A stretch of 64,000 nucleotides of DNA. Origin: Perna viridis. Taxonomy: Eukaryota. Made by a program: the position numbers and the translations under genes. Each line of letters opens with the position of its first letter. The stretch's first letter is position 1. The stretch is taken from positions 868,001-932,000 of the forward strand of contig CM074522.1 in NCBI GenBank assembly GCA_037379345.1, given 5' to 3'. The notes beneath the pieces were generated by a model, which saw only the letters and a list, made by a program, of their open reading frames with translations, made no database searches and was not told the origin of the DNA. Shown here piece after piece: positions 42,301 to 54,300 of this stretch.

Positions 42301-45300
42301 TGCAAAATGTATAATCACAATTTGATTTTTATTTACCTTTTTTCATGAATTATTTTTATCCCAAACATATGTTTTTTGCATGTGTTTTCAAAGCATATGA
42401 AAAACATATGTTTCAATTTTTCTTGTGTTACTTAATTGTAATCCATCTTAACTGAGCTATTTATTTATGTTACATTATATTGCAGTCAACAGGTCCTAAG
42501 GTGTGTGGTTTAGATGGGAAAACCTACGACAATGAGTGTAGGCTACGAGTGGCTTCCTGTATGAATGCCGCATTCATTGCAGTGGCTCACATTGGAGAGT
42601 GTGAGAAAGATCCATATAATGGTATGATATGATAAATAGAGATTTTGATATTTTGTTTTAGGATTGACATGTAAATAATGTGGAGAGCTCCTTCAATAAA
42701 AGTGTTTTCCAATTAAAAAATGTACTTAATTATGAGTTATTAAGTTAAAAAATAATGTCTATTGTAAATATTGAAAATTATGCTAATTTTTGCAGATAAA
42801 ATTGCAGGTCTCATTTTTTATTAGCTTAAAATTGCTCATTATAATTTCATAGGGTAGAAATAAATTTTACTGGTGGTTTTTAATAGCCCATCAAAGACGG
42901 GACATATTATGGTATACCGTTGTCCGTCCGTCGTCCACACTTCAGTCCGTCGTCCACACTTCAGACAATAACTCAAAAACGCTTTCACAAACTTTAATGA
43001 AACTTTGATGAATTGTTCATATCTATTGACATAAGCTTTCTTTGTATTTTTTTAAATTTCCGATTTTTCATTTCCGTGTTACGAATTTTTATACTTAAAA
43101 GAAGGAAAATTTTGAAGTTTTCACACAATTACTCAAAAACACTTTCACTAACTTTTATAAAAGTTTGATGAATTGTTCATAACCATTGAAGTAAGCTCCC
43201 TTCCGATTTGTATAAATGTCAAATTTTACATTTCTGTGTTATGAAGTTTTACTCTTTAAAAAAGGCCGGATATGTCCAAGGAAATTTTTTCTTTGAAATA
43301 TCGTTTAAAACCGACCATTTGTTATGATGATCGACTAGTAAAAATTAAAGTTACTTGGTAACCTTGTCAGTAAAGTGTGTTTTAAACAAGATAGAAATGT
43401 ATGGGTGAAAAATCAAGACAACAAAACTTAGTTAAAATTGAGGTACCCTTGATAGTGGCAAATTTTTTGTGCATTTTTAGCTCACCTGGCCGATGACCTG
43501 AAACTACTTGTCCAACTGATACCAAACTTGGTATGAATGTTCCTTGGGGGTATCGTGCATGGAATTGATGTGGGGATATTTGATCCGTGGGAAAACATAG
43601 CCAATGTTACTAATAATAGAACATGGGGTCAGACATTAGTTTTTCGCATATATCTCCAAAACTGTTAGGTTAAGCCAAATTCTGACATGGGGGGTGGGGG
43701 GGGGTAAAATTGTTCAACACAATGAGATCTATCTGTGGTCAAATTTTTATTTTAACCTGTCAAGCCATGTTGGAGTTATTGCCCTTTTTAGACGTTTTTT
43801 TGCTATTTTTAATGTTATTCTTTCAAATATCTTCTCCTCAGACACTACCTGACCAATTGAAACCAAACTTGGTATGAATGTTCCTATAACTGATGTGGGG
43901 ATTTTTGTTCCGTTGAAAAACATGGTCGTCGTTACTAAAAATAGAACAAAGTGGTCAGGCACTAGTTTTTCACACATCTCCAAAACAGGTTTAGCAAAAT
44001 TATTTTCATAGCTGAAATGACCCTTATTATATGGAATTCAAAAGTCTTCAGGGATCAAAGTTGTCAGGTGACTCCTTGTAAGAGTTATTGCCCTTGAAAG
44101 ATGAATTTTTACAGCTTTCAGCCAATATCTTGAAAACTCTAATAGATAGAAAGAAACTTTCTATTGCTGAAGTGATCCTTTTGATAGTCCTACCAAAGTC
44201 TTCTTGAGTCCAATTGTTGGACAACTCCTTGTTAAATTTATTGCCCTTGAAGGACAAACTTGAACAAGGTGAGGGATTCAGGCTCTTGGGAGCCTCTTTT
44301 TATTTATTTATTTTTTTTGGAGGGAGGGTATTCACAGTATTTCTAGTTGATCATATAAATTCATTAAATGCATAAGGACAAGTTAAAGGGCAATGGGCGT
44401 ATCATGCGTGTAAAGTACAGCTGTTTATTTCATATGCTTGTCAGTCTACTGCATAAATAGCCAAAATAAGTACTCTGTGAAAATTTATGTAATTGCAGAA
44501 GTAAAAAGATCAACCTATAGATTTTCTAAGGTGTGTTTGATTTGTCTTATGACTGCAGTATCATACACTTTTTTCCTGGTATATATTTCTTACAGTGATA
44601 TGCAAAGGAAAGCAGTGTAGATTTGGGCAAATCTGTAGTGGGCATGGGCGATGTGTCTGTCCTCAAAACTGTGAATCTACAGGAACAGAAATTTGTGGAA
44701 GTAACAGAAAGACGTATCGTAACAAATGTGAGATGATGCGTGATGGATGTAGGAATCACATTGATCTGACAATTCAACATTATGGATCATGTGGGCAAGG
44801 TATAGATTTGTCATGTGGGCAAGGTATTGATTTGTCATGTGGGCATGGTATTGATGGATCATGTGGGCAAGGTATTGATGGATCATGTGGGCAAGGTATT
44901 CATAGATCGTGTGGGCAAGGTATTGGATGAGATATATTATATCTCTTTAAAGACACAAATAATTTTGTGAACCTTTCATCACCAGTTTTATTTTTTTTTC
45001 TCAATGTACAAACAATTTAATCATTGACAGAATTGACTGAATTGGTTTAGTGTGATTCATAAAAAACTTAACTCTTAACTTTGCTGCATTTGTTTTGATA
45101 ATAGGCTTCAGAGCTGTTTAGGATGGTCATTTGAAAGTAGACCCACAAAAAGATGCCAGTTGCTGTAAGCATGTCTAAACGAGTCAAGACAGAGATTTTT
45201 TCCCTTGTTTTTAAGGGTTGGACTGGTACCCAATCTGACTACATGAACATGTATATTTACTTTTACTTTATGAGGTTATAACCCCCCATCAGTGATTGAC

Positions 45301-48300
45301 TGAATCACCTTGTCAGTTTGTCCAACTTTATTACAATTATCTTGTCTCCCAATGGATGGAAGTTTAGTATATGGTTATATAGATGTGGACTACTTAATTA
45401 GGTTGTTGTCAAAATCTGCTTTCAACTACCTGCTTTGGCAATAAATCCATCGAAAATTATACTGAATGAGTAGGGGGTATACTTCACATGATAACTGCAC
45501 TATGTTTATGTTAATGACATATAATTAGAGAACCTTTGATAACAAGCTTCATCATAAATGAGTTATTTGTTAAGTCTTAGACTCACATCTGCATCCCTTT
45601 TACCGGAGTTGTACTAGCTCATTGCTTTTAAAAGTATGAAATTCAATGTCCTGTTTTTTTTATTATAAAAAGACATGATTTTTTTCCATTTTTTAGTGGA
45701 ATTCCATTATTTCAAATCTGGATTTCACTGTTACTATTGTTTTTTTACTGTATGTTTACTTCCGATTTTGCCAATTTTCGCTTTCTTTGTTGACCTCGTT
45801 AAACCTTTCATGATTTCACCCACTCAATGAATTGATGGTGCATTGGATTCACCTAATCTGTTTATTTGTCTGTCCATATTGCAACTCTTAATGGATGGAC
45901 TGATTTCAAATTCAGTAAGTGGCTAGAGAAAGATGAGGTGTACAATGAAAGTGATTTAAATTGCTGTCTAACATCAACTTTCAGTACCATTGGATTACCA
46001 ATTATAGGTGGAGGTATACCTAGAATGACAAGGTGTACATCGTCATATTTTTTTCATCGGTAAATATTCCTATCATTGCAGTAGATTGTGATTCCCAGAT
46101 TACCTGTTCTGAGATAGTTGATATGGTGTGTGCCAGTGACGGTAAAACTTACAGGAATGAATGTAAAATGAAGGAGGAGGAATGTCTGACAAAGAAAACC
46201 CTGACAATCATCAGTTTTGATTATTGTGATGGTGGCTCTGGATCTGGGTCTGGCGGAGGTATGATTCTAAATTATCTGGATGTTTGTCAGTAAATGATGA
46301 CCTTGCATGACAATATTGTTGTTGTTGAAGTGTTGTTTTGGCTTAGTTTCGTTTTACAAAGAAAATTTTTATAGCGAGTAATATTGTCAACTTCACGTAA
46401 GAGTGTTAGTCTTCACTGAATGAAAGACAATCACCTGATGAACTACTGTTAACTTCCTTTGGTAATTAACAGTTCAATTGACCATTCTATGCACATGACT
46501 TTTAAACCAACAGGTGGTAATTAAATTTGTGTGAGAGTTTTTCAGCCATTTTACATTTTGCAAGTTGTTTTGCAAATTTCATGGGAGAAACTGATTCGTC
46601 TTCAGCCTATTCTTCATTGAAATTATTACTCATCTCGCTATTGTGAATTTATGATTTTAACATGCTCTCTTATTATCTTGCTTGTTGAAAAATATTAATT
46701 TTACCATAGAAAGTGAAGAAATGTTTCAAACCACTCATTACTATAGGAGAATCTATGTATCAAACAGATTAAAAAAACGTATGAAATAATTGAAAATTTA
46801 AACTTCTTATATTGTTTATTGCCGGAGACATTTAGTCAATCAAAACCAGTCCTTGAAGTTATAACTATTAAAATCACAGTAAAGGCCATTCTTGTCAATA
46901 GTATGTTTACTACATCCGTGATTATTATCAAGTGGTACCAAAATAAGTCCTAAAACGTTAAGCTCAATAACAAGGGAGATAATGCTTTCTTTTTTAGCTA
47001 TTGCCATCACTTGGCGTCCATTGTTGTCGTTTTCATTGATGTCCATCAACCGAACTTGATAAGAATTTCCTTATGGTATCCTGCACAGAACTGATGTGGG
47101 GATTTTTTATCCGTCAAAAAACATGGCCGCCATTTCTAAAAATAGAACATAGGGGTCATACAGTAGTTTATCACATTTATCTCCAAAATTATTAGATTTA
47201 CAGAGGTGTGTACTGATACAGATTTTCCATATTTTCTACAGACTTTGAATATCTCTGTAGTACTGTCGTTAAAATTGCAGAAATTTCAGGATTTTACGGA
47301 TCATTTCCATAGAATACTGTGAAAAAAAATGAATTGTTGTTAAGAAGTATAAATAGATCTTGGTTTAGCCAAACTCTTCCAATTGCTGAAATGACCCTTA
47401 TTATAAGGCCTTCAAAAAAGTCTTCAGGATCAGAGTTGTCAGGAAACTTGTAAGAGTTATTGCCCTTGAAAGATGAAAATGACATGTTTTGTTTGTTTTT
47501 TTTTTACAGTTTCAGCTAATATCTTGAAAACTATAATAGATAAAAAAAAAACTTTCAATTGCTGAATGTTTTTTTTACAGTTTCAGCCAATATCTTGAAA
47601 ACTATTATAGATAAAAAGAAACTTTCAATTGCTGAAATGATCCTTATTATAAGTACTACCAAAGTCTTCTTGAGTCAAAATTGTTGGACAACTCCTTGTT
47701 AAATTTATTGCCCTTGAAAGATAAACATTAACCAGGTGAGTGATGCAAGCTCCTGGGAGCTCTTGTTTTATATCAAAACTGAAGTGTCATTTTTAGCTCA
47801 CCTGGCTGAATGCCGTGTGAGCTATTGCCATCACTTGGTGTCCGTCATTGTTAACAATTTTTCAAATCTCTTCTCCTCTGACACTATTTGACCTATTAGA
47901 ACCAAACTTGATAGGAATGTTTCTTGGGGTATCCTGCATAGAACTGATGTAGTGATTTTTGATCCATCGAAAAAAACATAGCCGCTGTTACTATAAATAG
48001 AACATAGGTGTCAGACAGTAGTTGTTTGCATATATCTCTAAAACTGTTTAATCAAATTTTGTTTGGGATAAAAGTGTCCAGCATGATGAGATCTATCTAT
48101 TGTCAAATTTTCATTTTAATCTGTTTAGCCATGTTGGAGTTATTGCCCTTTTTCGACGTTTTTTTGCTATTTGAATGTTATTTCTTTCAAAAATCTTCTC
48201 CTCTGACACTATTTGACCATTTGAAACCAAACCTAGTACAAATGTTCCTTTGGGTACCCTGCATAGAACTGACATTGGGATTTTTGATTTGTCGAAAAAC

Positions 48301-51300
48301 ATGGCTGCTGTTACTAAAAATAGAACATAGGGGTCAGACAGTAGTTTTTCTTGTTGGAGTTATTGCCCTTCTTTGACGTTTGCTTGCTATTTTAATATTT
48401 CTTACAAAAATCTTCTCTTCTGACTTTGTTTGATTAATTTGAACTAAACTTGGTATGAATGTTCCTTGTTGTATCCTGCATATAATTGACATAAAGGTTT
48501 TTGATCTGTCGAAAAACATTAATGCTGTTATTATAAATAGAACGTAGGGGTTAGATGTAAGTTTTTCCCATATAACTCCAAAACCGCAAGGTTTAGCTAA
48601 ATTTTTTCAATGGGTAAAATGATCGTTATTATTAGGACTACAAAAGTCTTCAGGGATAAAAGTTGTCAGACAACTCCTTGTAAGTTTGTTTGTTTGTTTC
48701 AGAAACTTTCAGTTGTTGAAATTATCCTTATGGTAGGTCCTACCAAAGACCTCTTGAGTCAGCATTGTCGGACAACTTCTTGTTTAATTTAATGCCTTTA
48801 AAAAGACAAATTCAACCAGGTGAACGATTCAGGCCTGGGAGCCTCTTGTTTATAAAAAAATATGTTGAGTTAAATCATTACATAAGTAAGGGTGAAGTTA
48901 TCTTTCATTTGTAATATGTTAATTGAAATATAGCAGTTTTTTACTTGGAGTTGTACCTATATAGGTCAAAGAGACTGTGTCTTCATTTTTTCTTTTTCCC
49001 TTTGCTTTTTAAAATGTGAGTTTGATTTAGTTATTGCATGTGTTGTTGTGTCACATGTATAACTTGATAGGTTCTGGATCTGGTGACTTTGATTTTGGTG
49101 ATGAACCATTTATCTGTGACGAGGAGGTCAACTGTAAATTTGGAGGGAAATGTGAAGCAGACCGTCACAATGGTATTAGGTGTGATTGTAACAGGAACTG
49201 TAAGGCAGTCAGGTGAGTTATATTGATTCATCAGGCGTGATCCAAGGACTGGTGTACTGGGTATATGCCATCCCCCCCCCTAAATCAGTAAGAAAAAAAT
49301 TTTTCACTACAAGTTTCACCCCATAATATTTAAATTCTGTATACATAAGAAGAAAATAGGTGATTGTTTAATCATTTTTTTCTTACCACATGCAAAATCA
49401 GATAAAACACAAGACAGAAATAAATTGCTGATTTGGAATAATTAACTCATTAAATCAGTTGTTTCATGGCAGTATGTTTGTCTGAGTGAGTTAGAGAGGT
49501 CAATGGTCTGATTCCCAACCAAAATTTCTAGTCACTGCTTCCCTAGGGAAGACATGTCTTCCTAAAGGTTGTTTGTGCTACTACTTTTAACATCTTGCTC
49601 ATCATGTCAGACTATACTCTGTGTCAAATGATATATTAAATGCCAGAACCATTCAAATTTGAAATAAAAATAGAACTACAAGTTTAGTGCCATCTACTGA
49701 TGTTTAAATTATTTAGAACGACTAGCTCATGATCAGTAGTAAAATAGAACAACATCTCCCTAAAATTAGTTAATATGTCTGAGTTAGGGGAGACATGAAA
49801 TGACAACAGTAAATCAATCAATCATTTAATCAATTTAATTTTGATGAACATGAAGACATTTTTAAATATGGGTGACTGCATGTTCAAGTTCTTCGCACAC
49901 TTCTTTTAATGAAAAGGCTTTAAGGGACTTAATAATGTAGGAAAATAGTAGGAGAACGTTGTGTCACATGATTTGAGCTGTTTTTAGACAGACAGTCTGT
50001 GGATCTGATAAAAAGACATATGGTAACTTATGTCAGATGGAGGAAGAAGCATGTCTCCAACAGAGGGAGATAAAACAGATCGAAATAGACAATTGTAATG
50101 GTAAGATATGTAGTCATCTTAGTCATCATAGTCATCTTAGTCATCATAGTCATCTTAGTCATCATAGTTTTAAAGGTTTAGTATAATGCCACTGTCTTTT
50201 TGTCCGTCTATAACTATCTTAGATTACCTTGACCTATGACCTTGTGTAATGTGTTGCCCTTAATTTGAATATTTATGTCAATATAACGAATAAGAATATT
50301 GGGTATTGTTCCAGAGTTATTTCCCTGGATACAGTTATAGTAACTTATTGTGAACACCGCGAAGCATTGTGAGCTCTATGGTTTTTACATGTACTATCTA
50401 AATTTTCCTTAAGGTTCCCCAATATACTAACCAAAACAAAGTCATGTCCCGGAAGTAACAAAAAGTGACTGTCCTTACAGAGAAAATTCATCACTTCCTT
50501 AAACCAAATAAATAGAAATACATAGGTTAAGTTCATCTTTTTTGATAGTTTTCGAGTCTATCTCTATTTTTTTTTTACTTATTAAAAGAAGTGAATGTGT
50601 TTTAAAAAGTGCAGGAAACATGTGGATGTAGGTTTGTGTATCTCTGCTGTTCCACTGTTATATTACACATGATATGTGTAGAATATTCCCACCATCCTTG
50701 GAGAACTGTAATATTTCCGGTATCTGTACAGATTGATCTGACCTGCCAAAACTGAAATGGATGTTGCTAGAGATGCCCTGAAGGCCATACAAAAAATAAT
50801 GCTGAGGTTCTCAGGTCACTTCATAAAAAAAATGATGCGGGAGGAAAGCTTTTTTTTTTTTTTTTTGAAGCAAGTTTTTATTCAAGAAATTTCATTGAAT
50901 TGAACAAATCTGTAAACATACAAAGATGTTGAGAAGTTAAATACTCCATGGCATTAAAACTTTACTGGAATATGAGATGTGGCAAGAAATAAGGGCCATC
51001 TATCAGCCACGAGACATACTTTCGTTTTTAATGATCAATGTTAAATAACATCCTCATTCACATTGTACTTTTTACCTTTCTGTTAAGTGCACAGACGATT
51101 CTGTTAACTAATTAAAAGTCGGTTCCAGACTGGATATGAAAATTTGCGGAATGGATATAAAATTTAAGGATTTTACCATAATAAAACTCACAGATGCGAG
51201 AGGGTTTTTAGGGATGCGTTGGGGCCTGAGAACCTAGTATATTTTATTTTAGCCTAAGCCGGCTAAGGGAAAAAATGTATTCAATTATTGAAAAAAAAAC

Positions 51301-54300
51301 TCTCCCATTTATTAACAAGATAGATTTACAAATAAAATTAAAGCACTTGCGAAGCAAAACTTTTCATCCAAGTCTACACCCCCCCCCCCTCTTTGTAATG
51401 TCCTTTATTATTTTCACACAGTCTCGCACAGATGGTACATGTATGATAAAGCTGACGGTGCTCGCTGTTTTTGACAATGCTTACCCTATATTATGATTAC
51501 TTATAATAAGTTATTTAAACCTTTTCAACAGACTTATACTAGTGTTTATTATAAGATTGCCACAGCACTTAATTATCAACGCACCCAATTTATGTTTGAT
51601 GATATTTCATTGTCTAATATACAGTTTTATATTCCGTACTGACCAATTTTAAAGTTGGTGATGTGCAAGTGAAGACTCTGGTCCAGATGTGAAACGGGGT
51701 TTTGATTGGTCAATGTGTTAAACTTGCCAATGCGTTTCACAATTTTGACCAATGTGTATATTTGGTCTTTACCACTGCTCAATGGCAGTACATCCATGTT
51801 AATGCTCTAACTCTGCTAATCTATTTCAGATAGCAACCATAATTCTTGTTCAGAATTACTTAAATAACCTTCTTACCATCTGTGATAGAGCTCTTCACTT
51901 TAACCTTTAGCCAAATGAGTCAAACTTGAGACTGATAGAAATTATGATGATTAGGGGTTTTAACGACCTTGAATACCAATACAGGCCTCTCAGTGTCGAT
52001 GTTAGTGGCTTAGTAGAACTAACTGGTGTTGGTGGCAGAGCCTAGTTTTCGGGATACCTGACCGAAGAACTCGGTCAGAGTATCTCCTACTAGTGGCTGG
52101 GCTGCGGTGTTGACGCTCTGGCCTACTCCCGGACCCCATGTTGGTCCAAGAGCGTTTCCCCACTCTAATTGTTTGGGAGTACGTCAATTATGAAGCATCC
52201 ATTATATGTATTGTCATTAATGGACTACTCCGTTATTGAATATACCCCTAGTGGATGAGTCCACATAAAACCTGTCCTTAATAAGTCTGCATATATGAAA
52301 TATTTAATGGATTGATGAAGTCTCTGTCTCAGATCATTTACCCATATTCAAAACATACCATCTTTCAAAATTTGGGCTATTCCAATTCATCAAGGTCAGA
52401 GGTTATGGTCAACTTACTGTAAAGGTTAATCCTAAGGTAATATTACTATCTTTCTGTCCTTCCGTATCATGTTGTATTTGATGTCTTTCTGAAAACTCTC
52501 AGAATCATTGATCCTTGGTTAAAAACAACAGATACTTTGTTATTACATCCTTTCATTTTGATAACTTCTAATGTTACATCCAGCATCAACAGTGCAATAT
52601 AGATACAATAATGCATTGTATTATTTTCTTTGAAGTTCTTAACAGAATCTTCTAACAATAATAATGACAATGATAAACCCTGTAGCCCTCACTACTTCTA
52701 TAGTTTTCGGAAAATTATAATGAGCAATTATATAATACAGAACAAATGTCAAAACCATATCCTTGTTGGGCTGAGATATTTGTACAGCAATTGTAGATAT
52801 TACACAGATTAAAAACACATTGGAACTGATATAAATGGACTTTAGAAGATGTTTGGTTTACTAAGAAACCTCCATTTTGAATTAAAACAGGTTTTTTTTC
52901 TGTATTTTCAATTGCATGTTTAAATTGTTTTTGTATGAATTGTTATTGAGATTTTGAAAATTATGTTTTTAAATACCCAAAACAATATTAATTTAGATGT
53001 GTTTTTTAAGCAATGGAGGAACTAGCCTGTGATGGCTTACCTCCCCTTATTGATCCAGTCACCAGTAAGGATTATAGCTGTAAAATGGAGAACCACTGTC
53101 CAGAGAGGAGCTACTGTCATCTGAGCTTCAATAAATGTTGTAAAGAGGGTGAGTTTTAAGGATGGCTAGCTTATTGGTGTTCAGGCTTCACATTGTGTGG
53201 CTGCCATTTCATAGATATGCTCATGTGTTTGAAAGGGAAATGCTCATGATGCTGGTTCAACATCTATTCAACAATTTTGTCTTGTCTTCCTGTCTATCTG
53301 TCTGTCTGTGTGTCAGGTACAAGGGTTTTTGTCAAAGTGTTTTCATTTTTTTCTGCTGAAATGCAATTTTCAATTAACAATTTATTTTTCTATCTTTTTA
53401 ATATTTTGACAGATTTTGGCTGTAGCTATTTATTGGTATCATTTTTATATCTAGACTTTGTTTAAAGGCACTAATTTTTTATGAACTTGTTTTAATTTCT
53501 TTGTTTATTTTGACATATGTGATGAACCCTAGATTTTCAGAATTCCCCATCTGAAGGCTGCCATTCCTCCAAACATGGATGTTGTTCTAATGGAGTCAGT
53601 ATGGCAACTGGACCAAATTTTGAAGGATGCAATGGTAAGATATATAACAATAATTAAAAAAAGAAAAATTGAGACTTAATCAAAACATATGAACACAATA
53701 CATACATGCACAGAGGAACATACATTGACATTTCAGAGATTACATCAAAATAGAAATAAGGATTGCTGTCAATTATAATAAAATTGTAATGGTCAAGAGG
53801 AATGCAGAAGCCTGTTACTAATTTTATATTGCTTTCATTTTCTATTTTTCAGGACATCAGATCTTTTTTGACGTATTCTAGTTTACATTTATTATCATGC
53901 ACATTTTTGTTGTGATTTTCCTAACTTGGTGTTGTATTTTTCATGTGTAACATTTGTGTTTGGGGTGGTTCTGTGGAAAAAATGATGAATTGTCAGAAGG
54001 CACTGATAATTGACATTTAATGGCACAATGCCGTCCATCAAAGTAGGGTAAATTAAACAATTGATTAAATGTAATAAGTTTTCGTTTTCATTGTTTTTTT
54101 GTGTTCTTATGGTCACCAAAAAAAAAGGGGGGCTATAAACAAGATATTATGTGCTCAAGAGCAGGCATTGTTATATTTAAACAATATACTGAAAGCTTTA
54201 TTATATCCCCAAAGGGGCCTTCTACACTCTACATTTCTGCCTGGAATATCCCTTAATTCGTTTAATACCTCCAGCACACATTGTTGGTTAATCATAGCAT

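Noticed and set aside
53538-53541. Stronger-looking ttttcAG acceptor for the HGCC exon
   Set aside because: It is phase 0 and would frameshift against the phase-1 upstream donor; 53533 keeps the frame.
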